NCBI GenBank assembly: GCA_030141605.1
Contig: JAQGDQ010000039.1
Location: forward strand, 248,001 to 312,000
DNA from: Tubiluchus corallicola
Taxonomy: Eukaryota; Animalia; Priapulida
Direction of reading: 5' to 3'
DNA: 64,000 nucleotides
Part shown: positions 47,201-60,677 of the stretch, in pieces
How positions within the stretch are numbered: the first letter of the stretch is position 1
Layout: each line of letters starts with the position of its first letter
The notes under the pieces: generated by a model
Databases searched by the model: none
Seen by the model: only the letters and a program-made list of their open reading frames with translations
Told to the model about the DNA's origin: nothing
Translations under genes and position numbers: made by a program

Positions 47201-50200
47201 GGCCCCTAGTCTGGTAGTGTGGACATGTATTACTTCAAGGATAACAGCATCGAATGGACTACTTGCTCTTTCGATTACAGCTAATATGCTTCAAAGGAAT
47301 TACTATCCATTTTACATCGCATGTTGTGATGCTACTCGTTTTCCTTAATACGGGAAAACAAACACCTCCTTGTCTGACACATATAGTTAGCCTCACAGCT
47401 AGGGCAAATATTTTTACATTATATAAAAAAGACATACGTTATCACGTATTTTAGGAACCGAGACAGCCAGCCGTGATTTGTACGTTGCGTTAACAGCAAA
47501 ATAAACCCAATATGCTAAGACCCAACGTCAAACATGGCAACATTCTTCCAACAATTTCGTGAAGTTTTTCGGATGGTGCCGACGATTCTGCAGTGCTGTT
47601 CAGTTACAGATAACTATAGTTTGTGCGCGCAATGCGGCTTAAACTATGCCTTATAGTTGCATAGGCGCACAGTTAGCCTATGAACTATTACACGTTTAAT
47701 TACCAAAGAGGCTTGTTCTTTCCTTTAAAACAGGCATTCGTAGGCGACTCTATCTGTAGCAAAAGCGTCATTTGCAAAATAGTCGGTTGCATTCGTTTTA
47801 GTAATTTTAGTTAGCGTAAACTATTAGTTTACTCAAATAAAAATCGAGTTTGTTATTTGTCAACGAAAAACTAGAAAGCCATATGTCCGCCAGTTCAGAA
47901 AAATATTATAAAAATTCCCCTAGCTATTATAACACAGCAAAGTGTATTATACGAGAAGGAAACTTACATTTTGTCTCGTCCGAATGATCGTCACAGTGAC
48001 TGATTCCATCACAAACATCACCTGGGAGGACGCATCCAGAAAGATCGTCACAAACAAATTGACGGGCTGGACACTTCACTATGTAAAAAATAGGTTCATT
48101 ATAGCTTTTGTAATTACCGACATAAACGTAGATTTGGTCAAATGCGTAATGCCACAGTTAGGATAACATTCCGCCAATAATTCCGGAAAGTTTGTAGAGG
48201 CGGTGCTGATGATTCTATAGTGCTAAATTCAGTTACAAATACCTACAGTTTGTGTATCGCAATATGCGCCAGTACATAAACTATATCTTGTAGGTGTTGA
48301 ATTTGCCTATAAATTTTGATAACTTTAATTAACAAAGTGCTGACAAATTATTATTTATCAATTTATATCGCCTATATGATATAAACCCATTATAACTCTG
48401 CAAGTCTGGTACATAAAAGGCAACCCTAGTGAATCGTTTTCAATACACTTGGTTCGTATTTATCGAAGCTGAAACCCCAGCACACGTAAAATTTAGAAAT
48501 TTATTTCAAGTCACGTAATCTGTCTGCTTCGACGTTTATGTAATAAGTTCTTTACTAAAGGTCTGGTAACCGAAAAAAGAAATAAAGGAAGACTGGAATA
48601 GAAGGACATAGAAAGAGAGAGAAATTGAAAAAAGGAAATGACGAAAGAAAGAAAGCAGCCAACCAAGAAAAAAGCAAACAGAATGGCAAAAGAGAGAAAG
48701 AACGAAAAGTAAAAGAAAAAGAAAGAAGAAGAAAAAGAGGAAGGGAAGGAGAAAACTAAAAATGAGCTTACAGCAGAGAGCAGGTAGTCCGGGAGCTTCA
48801 TCTGATCCATCAGGACAGTCATTCGTCATATCACAGACATCAGTACGAGGGATGCAAGCAGAATAATCCTCACATAAAAAGTTGTCGCCTGTACAGCCTA
48901 TTTAAGCATAAATAACCGTATCATGTAATTTTCACAGACTGACTCAGCAACTCTGAAAAAGCCTAAATATTGCAGTAAATGGTTAGCAAGATGCTGGTGC
49001 ATTTCAGATGACCAGAAATGATATGAGATGAACCAAACAGTTTTTATATAAAATCTGCAGAAACAAGCCTTGCCAGTGTAGCAGAAAATTGCTAGAGGAA
49101 TATCAAACAAGTTAAAGTGAATGGACTTGCACCATATTGTCAGCATAAAAATTGCTTAACTTAGCTAGCATATTACGTTTACATTTAGTGCAAGCTCTTT
49201 TGTTTGGTTGTTTATTATTTTATGTGTTCTCATTTCTGACTTTGTGATTGCAATGGAGTGTCTAGTCGCCAGTGCGACTTACGGTGTACAGATTTCAATG
49301 TACAACAGAGAGTGGAGAACCACAAAATGTCAATTATTTGTCTCAAAACTAAAAGCTCAAGCAACAAGAGAATGATTAATAAACTAAGAGGCGAAAACTT
49401 ACAACAGTCGGCTGTACCGTCACAGGTTTCAACACTTGCACAGGATCCGTCACTGCACTCAATCTTTCCAATCTCCTCACAAGCTGTATAACAACAAGAT
49501 TGAATGTTTACAACTGACTATACCTGGTCGAGTGTGGTTAACTCATGTCAGTACTTGTAGATTACTATGTTCAAGTGTGACTAACCAGTATACACGGTGC
49601 TCTTGACTAATTATCACTTGACTATGCCTGTGCCCAAACCGGTTTACTCATGTGTGATAGAGAGTTTGCCCTAATTCTCACATTTCGACTCCTATCTCGG
49701 TTGACTTGGAAGTTTCGTGACTCTTGTTGCTATAGTTTCAGCGTTATTTAAGGTATGCATTTTGGCTTTATCTCGGCCTAAAAATCCTATACAAGCTCCT
49801 GAAAACCCCAGGTGCACATCTACCCTGCAATACCTAAATATATTGTCTATTGTCTATACTGAAAGTTTGAAATATCGCGACTCCGCGTACATGAACTGCA
49901 GCTTTTGCAGTTATTTGATGTTCGGATTTGAGGGACAAAGCCATTTGCTCTACTTTTCGTATTTTGACTCCGGTCAAGGACATCTAAACAAACATAGGTT
50001 TTTTATCTACACGATTGTCCCTACTCAAGGTGTCTACCCTTCAAGTTCGCGACTCTAGCTACTGTAGTTTAAGAGTTATTCAGTGTTGTGCATTTTGGCT
50101 CCTATTTCGGTGCCTTAAAGAATACCTGTTTTTCAAACGCCCAGAAGCACGCCTACCCCACATTATCTAAATAATTGTGAAAAAATTGAATTTAGCTCCA

Positions 50201-53200
50201 CTCCCTAGGAGGAATTTAATGGTAATCAAAAAAATTACCACAGTTTTCTAGTATCCTTAACCGTTTGACCAGTGTAAACATCTCTTGCACAATTTTTAAG
50301 GTTCCCATCCCGGTCAAGTATCTACCCCGTAGGTTTCTGACTCTAGCCCTCTGCATTTCCAACTTAAATTTAAAAAGTCGAAAACTGGATATAATTACCC
50401 AGAATAACGAAAAAAATCAGCATATTGGTTCTTTTCGATCCATCACACAAGCGCACAAGGATAAAAAGATCTCAATATGAAAACATGCTAAATTAGTGTT
50501 TAGTTGCTGTTATAAAAGTTGAACAGAATATAAGTCACGGGGATAATGTCTAGTAATGTTTTAAGTAAATGTACATTGCAGAACTGATCATAATGCAGCT
50601 ACTGAAAAGCATAATAAGAGAAAGGATCGTACGTAGTTCCGTCTCGCAAGTAAAACCTGTGTAACGTTCTCCACAGATGCATCTAAACAAACGTCCATAG
50701 TTGTAGTCGTACACGCAAGTGCCATGATTCTCACATGGGTTGCTCTCACAATCCTCTAAATTTAAAAAAACAGCAAAGTTCAATTTCCCACATACTGGCA
50801 AAAAATTGAGCTAACATGCCAAAAACAAAACAAATACATTTTAATAATAATAATAATAATTGTTAATTAGTACTAAAAATTGCTTTGTAAACAGTAGCAG
50901 GCAAACTTCCAGGCTAAGAACGTACGTCAAAGACATAGTTCAAATCAAATATACTGTTACGAGTAACACCACAGCGCCTGTTTCCTAAGAGTAGCGTGAG
51001 GCACACTGAATTCTGGCGTGTTCATTGTATAAAAATCGTCTGATCATCATCACCGCCAACATTACAATATTCTTCTGAATTGCTAAGACAGTATTAGCAA
51101 AAAATGTACGTACGAGGACGACATCCACCATACCCATCTTCTGCGTAGCCTGGAGCACAACGACAGAATCCCATTTCTAGGGACTTCGTAATATCTTTCT
51201 TACGACAATCAGCATTATCGTCTTTACACTGTGCCTTGGTAAGGCATGGCTCCCCCACTTTGACAGCTAATATAAAATAAATGTTAATCATAATAACAAA
51301 TTATATCTATATAGGTTTAAATAGCAAACATCTGTAGAAAACACTATCCAACGATGGAACAATAGGCTGAGGGACCTAGGAACTAACTGGTTAACGGGCT
51401 AACTAAATTTGCCCAACCTGTTTCTACACAGCATGTTTGTCCATTAAGAATAAACTAATTTGATGTGAACTGATATTACGCTACAACCACACTGAGATAT
51501 CTAATTCGTTCCGTGGTAATAAACAGACTAATGCTGAAGACTCCGCCGGGCAAAATAACCGAAAATGGGATAAATTTAAGCAACGACCAAGTGATGGAAT
51601 TAGGCAACGGTATAACATCGCAAGAAATGAATATAGTAAAGCATGCTCGAACATTAAACAAAAACATTACAATGAAGTGTGAAAAGACTTGCTTTATATC
51701 AAACACCTCAAATAAAACATGGTGGAAAATATCGAAATCAGTTTATAAGGGGAATTCTGTCCAAGGTGCGCCTGCATTACTAGAAGGTAATAACATGATT
51801 ACAATGGATGTCGGCAAAGTCAACATACTAAACAACTACTACCCAAGCTAGCTTGTCAAGCATTTAAAGTATTTCTGACAAAATTGCCAACATCCAAAAA
51901 AGCTTAGAAATTAGCAAAGCAATAGAGCCTGAACGGTATTAGCAGCTTTTGAAAAATATAGCTAATGGAATTTCAGTCTCACTTAGCAAAATCTCTAATA
52001 AGTCACTGAAAAGTGGATCCTTTCTTAAATGTTGGGAAAAAGCCAACTTCAGCCCTATCTTCAAAAAGCACAATGGACAAGAAAAATTTAATTACAGACT
52101 GATTAAAAACTCTGGATTCAAATCAAATGATGGCACAGTCTATCAACTTTTATCAATCGATCATCAATTATATCAAGCCATGGATAATGAATTTGATGTA
52201 GTCATTTTGGAAATATCGAAAGCCTTTGATAAAGTATAGCACCCTGGATTTTTATTTAAACCTGAACAAAATGGCATTAAGGGCTACTAAAATGGCTTGA
52301 ATCCTGCACATCGTCAAAGAGTGGTAATTAATCGCAAATTCTCTGACTGAAAAGGTACAAATGCAGGAGTATTGCAGAGATCAATATTAGGCCTAAGAAT
52401 GTTGGCGATTTAATTGGTGTCTTTATTAACGTATTAGTCTTTACTTTTAATACGAAAAATCAACTGTGAATTCGAGGCTTTTTGCCGACGACCGTCACTA
52501 ATTGAAGTTATAGATGATCCAAACACTAACGCAACACCAATCAACCCCTATTTGCAGAAAATACAGCAGTGGCTGGGCTCACCAATGGTATGTAGACTTT
52601 AATCCTAGGAAAACTGAAGTAACTAGTATTCAGCTGTAATTAAACTCAAAAGACATTAACACCACACACAAATAACGAAAAGAGACAAACAACTGCAAAT
52701 CATACAGTCTACAACAGCACACATACAAAATTACCATGAAAAGAAAAAAATCATCAGGTGAAGCACCGGGAAACATTCAGATTTCGGTGCCTACTCACTA
52801 TCTTCAAACTCTCTGGGTGGGGACCCAGTCACAACGACTACCCAATCTTAGTTTTTAAAGTGATAACTACAGACATGACACATAATACAAAGCACAGCCA
52901 GAACATCAACGTAAACCAACTGCAACAATGACAAAAAAAGGAAAGAGACAAAAGGTTAGACAAGTTTTTCACCCCCAAAATCACATCAAGGCAAGAGCCA
53001 CTTGCTTAACTGAATACCAACCAAACTTAAATAACAGAAAACGGCGACTTTTAAAAACATTTTCACAAGATTGAGGAAGGCTCGTCGTAGAGCAACTCCT
53101 TGTTCGCATAATTATATACAACCTAGCTGCCCTAACCAAAAACCCCTCCTTACTTGAACAGAACCTGGCATTTTTCTCAGTAACTGACCAGAAAACACAT

Positions 53201-56200
53201 ACATTATTATCTATTTTAAGTAGAATATTACTAGAAGGAAAATTGTACATAACGACAGGAAAGGAGAAATCATCAACTTTATGAAAAATATCATAAAATC
53301 ATAAAAAAACTGTGAACACACAATTACCAGTGGGCCCCACAATTTCATTAGCCCAGGGGCCCCAACAGGTCATAATCCGGCTCTGCCTGTTAGCCCTTTG
53401 GTAAACCACTAAATGTAAGCCTACAAATCATTCAAGTGCAAAATTAATCAAATTTCAAATCTAGTACAATTCTTAGCCTTTAAAACACATAATTAATCTA
53501 AAACATCTCTAAACAAAATGATTTCAAAGTACAAACGTCTCCCAAAACATCGGTATACAAGGTTAAGTTTTGCCATAAAAGCCACTTTGCCGCAAGTTTT
53601 AAAATTCAGTACATCACCAAAATTCCCTAAAAATAGCAGCATTACTCAACCTTATGTTACTTACCATAGAGAAAATTGGATGATTCAAATCTGCGAATTC
53701 GCTCATCGCATTCGACACTGTCCCTATACGTTTTTACAATAAAGATATCATTAGATGAAAGCTGACATGCTGGTTATTTTTTGCATTATTACGAATTTCG
53801 AGAGAACCAAATTTAAGCAAAGTGAATTAACCATCATTTCCACCAATCTTTGGGATTTGGCTTGCATCTCAGTATTCACAATTTTCACAAAGTCATTTTC
53901 AGCATTTTAGCTAAGATATTTTTGCGTGATCCAACCTTTGGCGAGTAAGTATGCATTACCTGTATTGGGGCTTGAAAGACTTGAACACAGTTACCCTCCC
54001 CCCATGCAGCACGACAAAATTTTCACACTATTGTGATATATTTTTTGTAAATATTTTGAAAATATGGAAATGTGGACTTGCCACAACATTGTACCAATAT
54101 GGAAAATTGTCAAAAAATATTGGTACAATGTTATGGCCAGTCCACATTTCTATATTGTCCCAATATTCCAATATTTGCAAAAATATTGCCAGAACATTGT
54201 GACAATTTTGTCGTGCTGCATGGGGATAGGGTAATTGTGTTCAAGTCTTTGAAGCCCCAATACAGGTAATACATACTCGCAAAAGGTTTGATCACACAAA
54301 AATGTCGTGCTACAATATTTTTCGTGCTGCCAGGATCATTGGAAATAAGAAAATACATGCTACTAAGTTACACACTACTGTTTATCAGCAAAATGAACAG
54401 CTTTACCACTTACAATTTTCATGCAAGTTTGTGTGATAACAGCCCCGAAATGGCAAACTCGCAGAAATGTAACTGCACATTCAAGGAATTACAGGAAAAT
54501 GTTAGAAAAGGTTGTAAATTACAAAAGCCACCGAATTAAATTTTTGCGAAGTATGCAGCAATACTCTCACTACGTGATTCAGCCAAAGACAAATTACAGG
54601 AATCTCCCATTTATAATACTTTTAGCGCCAACCGCTGACTTTAGACATTTTTGGTATACAATTTGCCTACTTTTGGCACTTTCTTGATGTGCTTGGAAAA
54701 ACAGCATTAGGCATAAAAGCTATATTTTGGCTATCCCACCTGGTTCATGGTGCATGGTTCATGGTTCATGGTGCAGACTTTTAGCAGGCAACAATTTCCA
54801 TGATCTCATAATATTGTGTGGGGCTTCAAATTAAACTGTAACACTTACCCTAGGTATTCAATTTTGTTGTCACATCCTAGTGTAAGCGTTTCTGAATACT
54901 TGGGTTTCACACCGTGTCCATTCCAGGGATAATTGACGGTTATTGAACTCTATGAACACATAATTATCAAAGTATAACAGTTGTATTAACGATAACTTTT
55001 TGTTATAAACATTGCTGTTCTGCATAAGTGGACGATTATTCAGTTACAGAAAAAATTATTAAAACAAGTTACAGATAAGTAATATTTTCGCAGTTATTTA
55101 AATGACTGCTCTGAGTAATACAGTGAGTGAGGCCTATATGTCCCCAACAGACATTGAAGTTTTTTAACACGCTACATGATTGCAAGAAGAATTCATAGTT
55201 ATTGTTAAACAAAAGAAACTTATAAATTAAATAACGTACCATTTTCTGGAGAATTTCGAGTGTATTGCTATAAAGTACGCCATGTTCCGCTTTTTTGGCT
55301 TGAGTGAACGAGTTGAACATAAACAAATTATTTGAACGTATTGAACACAACAGCATGCACAGAAGATAGTGTACTGAACACCCCTTTCACGCAAAATGTA
55401 AGTTTCTGTTGAAGCCAAGTTATGCATCTGGCGGGTATAAAAGCGGCCGTCTCTGTTCTTATACTGGTCCAGTTAGATTAATCCACCCTGGTGAAAATTC
55501 TATTTCTCATTATATTTGGAGATACTTCATGTAATTTGCCAGTTAAGGTATCGTTTTTCTCGCACATCATTCTGTTTCGTTGATGGATGTCAGAATAGTC
55601 ATAGTCTGCTTGGCCTCCGCATCTGCTGGTACCGAACAACCTGGGTAGTTTTACCACATGTCGACGAGGTACCGCCGGCAGGTCAATATAAACATAAACA
55701 AACAGAACAGAGCAAGACAAAGAATTACAGAATAGATACGCATAAGAAAATGGTACACTTAAGAATCGTAAAATCGGAACGGAGAGACTAGATCTGAAAT
55801 CACTGACGTTATGTGATCTTTCGTCTTATGTGTGAACTTGCAAAGAATTTAGCGATGAGCGTTTATACTATTAGGCCATCATAATTTCTCACCTTAAAAT
55901 CATAAGATGGTGATCCGCACACGGGGTCTTTAAAATTAATTACGTAGTAAAGGAAACTTCTGCCAAGCCCATTGACTAGGCAACGTTTATTGTTTCTGTG
56001 TCCTGATACTCGTTCACCATTGTAGCCTCTATAATTGCCAGATTTTCGCTGATTATTGTATCTTCGCCGGTCATAGTACACTGGTCTTCGTCCATCATAG
56101 TTTCTACCATTGTACCCGGGCCTTCGTTGATTATAATATCTATCATTATACAATGGGCTGCGTTGATTATGGTACCTATCACTGTACCCTTGTCTTCGCT

Positions 56201-58584
56201 CATCATAGTATCTATCATTGTAGCCTGGTCTTCGTTCATCATAGTATCCATCATTGTACCCTGGTCTTTGTTCATCATAGTATCTATCACTATAGCCACG
56301 TCTTCGTTGATCATAGTAATCATCATTGTATCCAGGTCTTTGCTGATACTCATTATAATACGTTTCTCTTTCTGGGCTAGTATAGCCGTCTGCCACAGTT
56401 ACTGTTCCATGAAATTCAAAAATGAATTTCAACCCAACAGCCATGTAACCGCATTTCTCATCACAATATGTTTCCACATCTAAAAACAAAGTTATGAGAT
56501 TAAACTCATCATTAACTAAAATGTTAGCTGTCCTTGTAGTGAGAGTCGTTATCAAATTGTGGTGGCAAGCATTTTAAATTCTGTTGTTGAATAGCATACT
56601 TGTTGCAGAACGTCCACTAAAATACCAATATTAGAAGCCTATCGAGATTACAAAACACTGATATTTCTTTATAAATATATCAATAAACTGAGCATTCCAT
56701 TTATAAACATTCCCTTAGCATTCGTTCCTGATACCACTTTAAACACTAGAACACACAATTTAAAGCAAATTACAGCAAACAATTACAGTTGACTGGTAGA
56801 AAGCTGTACAGCAAAATCAGAATTTTCTTTTTTATTGTCAGCCAAATCAAAATCTCTTTTGTATTACCACTGTTTCTCGCCCCCGGCCCCTACATGAAAT
56901 GAACAATCGATGCGATGTAACGAGAGCGCGACGCTATTGGCTCTTAAGACTGAGTTTGATACCATAAAACTTTGTTTGTCAAACAAAAAGTTTGTCTAAG
57001 TGGCTCTTAAAGTTAGCGAAAACAACTGAAGTTTCTGAACTGATGCGGCAGACGGTTTTGCTTTACACACATGTCACGTTACTCCTTGTACTTAAGAGGC
57101 TTGCTGTGGTACACTTAACGTAGACTTAACCTTGACGTAGAGTAACTGCGCGTGTGCACAACGAAACTGTGAAAAGGGTTATTGCACATCAAGCTTTAAA
57201 GATTCCAAACACATTGATAACTGCTAGCAAAATAACTCTCTACTTACTTTTAATGAGCTTTTGAGGTGATGCAGTTTTACTGTCTTGTTGCTGGTGTGAC
57301 CCATACAGCTGACATTCAGCAGAAAACCTAAAATTGTGTGGAAACGTTGCAGTTCTTCTATAGCTCTAAGTTCCGCTTTTTGTCATTACCGTTTTGGTAC
57401 AGTTGCCACCATCACCAGCTTTCTGCTGTGTCTGGTGGCCAGGTAATGAAACTGTTAGTACTATTGTCGTTGCTGTTGCTGTTGCTGATGTTGTTGTTGT
57501 CGCTGTTGTTGTTATTGTTGTTGTTGCTACACTTGCTGTTCCTCCAATTGTTGCTATTGGTGTTGTGGATGTTGTTGGTGCTGCTGCTGCTGCTGCTGCT
57601 GTCATTGTCATTGTTGTTGCTGTTGTTGTTTTGCTGTTACCGTAGCAACAATCATCAGGAACAACAACAGCAACGACTTGCAATTTCATTTAAACAACGA
57701 CAAAAATTATTAAAAATAATATATCAAGTCAATTTTTTATGACAAGCACTAAAAACCTTTATGGTTAAAGATAACACAACTTTATTAAAACTTTTGCATT
57801 AAAAAGTTAAAATCATGCCAAACGTTTCGGCAGGCTGCTGCTGTCATCATTAGTGGTAAATTTACAAACATGCAACCAGTTTATAGAGGCAGCGTCTATT
57901 AGGCGCTAATTAAGTAGTTAACAGAAACCAAATAGGTAATGAATAATAAGCAGACCAATAAAGAAATTGATACAATAACTTAAGGATGCTATGCACTACT
58001 TAAATAGTGCATAATGCGTAATAGGCTCTGCCTATATAAGCTGGTTCTATGTTTGTAAATTTACCACTGATGATAACAGCAGCAGCCTGTCGGAACGTTT
58101 GGCATGATTTTAAATTTTTAATGTAAACGTTTTAATAAGATTGTGTTGTATTTAATAATAATATATCAATTGTAACGTATAGTTCTTAGCATTATCATAG
58201 GTTTGTCCAATATGCATTACATATCCACATTAACAAAACGTTTAACTCTGTCGGTTTAGCAAACTAATCACTAAAACGATAAAAATATGTAAATACGTAA
58301 GGTAACTTGCTAGACGATTATGTAGGAATTTAGTCCGCTGCAAGACGGGTTGGTGAAAACAACCGGAAATAAAAAGTTTACAAATAAACACCAGCTTCTA
58401 ACAATTTTACAAAAATTTATATTCAGAATTAGTTAGAACTGAATTATAACGAACAAATTGGCTATCATAAAGAATATTAAAAAACAAACTTCATGACGAA
58501 CACAAAACCGACTAAAATAATGATTTAATTTTCTACTTACAGAAAGAACGACAAAACGGTTACTACTCTCAATGTAACGACCAT
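44207..58584 (-). CDS. Gene C: secreted ZP-N-like/Tyr-repeat/EB/EGF/LDLa x3 protein, about 495 aa
   Basis: 11 exons: 58541-58584, 57248-57327, 55893-56479, 54849-54949, 53665-53723, 51114-51266, 50633-50755, 49403-49483, 48772-48897, 47968-48078, 44207-44229 (1488 nt). MVVTLRVVTVLSFFLFSAEC|QLYG...SDETKCPAPGPP*. Confidence 0.82.
44590..46815. mobile_element. Foldback/MITE-like element with nested inverted repeats
   Basis: Tandem about 18-bp ctatcttttcgccagt array (44600-44740) is mirrored at 46580-46815; inner inverted repeat about 44805-44920 versus 46340-46450; no credible ORF. Confidence 0.7.
47968..48078 (-). CDS. Gene C exon 10, LDLa
   Basis: [36 protein letters not shown]; 111 nt. Confidence 0.88.
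48772..48897 (-). CDS. Gene C exon 9, LDLa
   Basis: [41 protein letters not shown]. Confidence 0.9.
49403..49483 (-). CDS. Gene C exon 8, truncated LDLa-like
   Basis: [26 protein letters not shown]. Confidence 0.85.
50633..50755 (-). CDS. Gene C exon 7, EGF
   Basis: [40 protein letters not shown]. Confidence 0.9.
51114..51266 (-). CDS. Gene C exon 6, EB/EGF-like module
   Basis: [50 protein letters not shown]. Confidence 0.85.
51510..52650 (+). mobile_element. Degraded CR1/L2-type LINE RT fragment
   Basis: KTWWKISK, CWEKANFSPIFKK, ILEISKAFDKV, QRSILG, FADD; disrupted. Confidence 0.8.
53665..53723 (-). CDS. Gene C exon 5, linker with RIRR
   Basis: DSVECDERIRRFESSNFLY. Confidence 0.85.
53925..54296. 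mobile_element. Hairpin MITE (about 370 bp palindrome)
   Basis: ttacctgtattggggctt.aaagacttgaacaca...atgcagcacgacaaaatt is mirrored by aattttgtcgtgctgcat...tgtgttcaagtcttt.aagccccaatacaggtaa. Confidence 0.75.
54849..54949 (-). CDS. Gene C exon 4, ZP-N-like C-terminal part
   Basis: SSITVNYPWNGHGVKPKYSETLTLGCDNKIEYL. Confidence 0.85.
55893..56479 (-). CDS. Gene C exon 3, ZP-N-like domain with 36-bp (YYDERRPGYNDR) repeat insert
   Basis: [24 protein letters not shown]...RCLVNGLGRSFLYYVINFKDPVCGSPSYDFK; 587 nt. Confidence 0.88.
57248..57327 (-). CDS. Gene C exon 2
   Basis: FSAECQLYGSHQQQDSKTASPQKLIK; phase 2-1. Confidence 0.8.
57760..58160. mobile_element. Penelope-like inverted terminal-repeat remnant (family 1), both hammerhead cores mutated
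   Basis: Palindrome homologous to 37230-37560; cores read CTAATGA (minus strand) and GGAAC (plus strand). Confidence 0.65.
58541..58584 (-). CDS. Gene C exon 1, signal peptide
   Basis: MVVTLRVVTVLSFF + CT|gtaagtag. Confidence 0.8.
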
Positions 58585-59649
58585 TTCGCGCTTTGATTTG
58601 CTGTTTTCCCAATCTCAACCTGAATAGCTGAAGGAAATTGTATGAAAGAAAAAATTATATAAGAAAATGTAGTCAGAATATAGTCAGGCAAGTATTATTT
58701 CTTTGTGAAATGCAACACAATTTAGACATCGCACCAGTCATATCCATTCGGGAAAATAGTTTCCGTTGAAATTCCTTCAGCCAATCAATTTTTAACAAAC
58801 CTCTTGGAAATGTGACTAAACTGATATGTTGCCAGAATGTACAATTCCAAAAATATTTCCGCGAAAATTTTGCCTTTAATAAATTCCACATTTCCTACGT
58901 TTATACAGTTACTACATTCGTATTCAACTTTTGTTAACTCTTTCTACTAGTTTTTATTAGATGACTTATGTCTTAGAAATTCATCACCTTTTTCTGAAAT
59001 AAAAAGTACATAAAACAGTATAAACTCTCTAGGGCCGATGCACACCACAACAAACTCCAAAGCATCAACCACACAAAACCAACTGAAATATTCAGTTCAT
59101 CTAGCACGACACTTAGCACTCTGGAGACTATAATTGCTTTTAATGAGGTTCAGTTTTGAAACAAAGAGCAACAAAGAAAGTGGTTGAAATTAGGCTGCAC
59201 CCTATACACCATAACCTGTGTCCTTTCGCTATTACTTTTGGAAAGAGGTCAGCATGTTTTGCGTTGATTGATTTCTACTACGCTCTCTGGTGACTTGGTG
59301 ACACTCATTCTTCTCGCACACAACGGCAGCGTAGACAACAGCTTTGCCGTGGATGGCATCCGCTGTGCTTAACTTCTTTTTAATGAACATTATGTAGAGC
59401 TGACAAGAAAAAGTATTCTCTGGGTCAAAACGCTCGTTCTCTGTATAACTTTCACCGTATGACAGCTCATTTATATACCTGTAGCAAGTTGTTGTACCAC
59501 TAGGCAAACTAGCCAGTTGCCTAGAGTGTCAAATTCTCGAAGTAATTCTTGAATTTTCAAGTTTAACTTCAGCATTAGTAATAACATAGTGTATGTGTAA
59601 TTGCTTAATTAAATGCACAGCACCCTAATTCAATGAAACAAACTCTTGT

Positions 59650-60260
59650 GTTGCTTTCCTTGCTATTACGGCAAAGCTTGGTGTATACCCAGTTTACACC
59701 TTTATATTAATGATGAAATTCTCGTTGCGTATATTAGAAATGCCTGAAGATAGTTTAGTACATAATACTTACTTGTTGTGCAAAGAATTAGATATGAATG
59801 GTAACTGTACTTGGGTTACATGTATAAGGAAAGTATTATGTAAACTTGACTTTACCCATGCTAGGGGGAACGGATATACTTTCAGGAAAACAAAGCTAAT
59901 TTATTCAATCGAAAAGAAATTGTAGAGAAACTATAATAGCTATTTTGTAAATGCTATCCATAATGTTAATGCTCGTCCAAATGGCTCTAATAAACTAAGG
60001 ATGTGTAGACCAAGTCTGGGTGTAAACTTGAAAATCATCTCTTGATTATTGCTGTTCCTAGAGTATATAAAAAAACCAACACGAAATTCCGTGTTAGCTC
60101 GCGTGGATTCCAAATTGAGGCTGGTCAAAATACCAGACCCAAAACTCCTGGTGATATGAGCTGATTACATTATGTAAGAATGGGAGCATAGAAGATGAAT
60201 TTCATTTTAATATGCAATGCAAGGTTTGTTGTCAGGAAAGAACCGCGTTCGTAGATCAAA
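59650..60260 (+). mobile_element. Degraded LINE 3' end
   Basis: Fragments KFSLRILEMPEDSLV, KLRMC and IEDEFHF, typical of LINE ORF2 C-terminal regions. Confidence 0.55.
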
Positions 60261-60520
60261 TATTAGATATTTTTGGGTGTGATACCAGGTGTGATATCGA
60301 TAAGTTGGTTGATTCTAAATTCAAAGGTACGGATTAATTTTGCTAAGAATTAATGCATTCAACCAGCACTGTAATATATATGTAGATGTGTTTGTTATAA
60401 GTTATTGTATTTTTGATCAACAACGCTTGAAAAGCCTTGTATTTGTAGGGACGTGTTCCTGTATGTGTTGTTTATTTAAGTGTGCAATTTGCTATCTGTA
60501 CTTGCGTTTATGTTCATTAA

Positions 60521-60677
<157 letters not shown>

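Noticed and set aside
28374-47968. Gene C splicing past its broken exons into gene D's EGF exon (interleaved genes)
   Set aside because: The junction would give T|GG (Trp) instead of the required LDLa Cys; the 44229 exon fits better.
57366-57689. Thr-rich mucin-like ORF as a coding exon
   Set aside because: Exons 1 and 2 join in frame without it, it would interrupt the signal peptide, and no phase-compatible splice sites were found.
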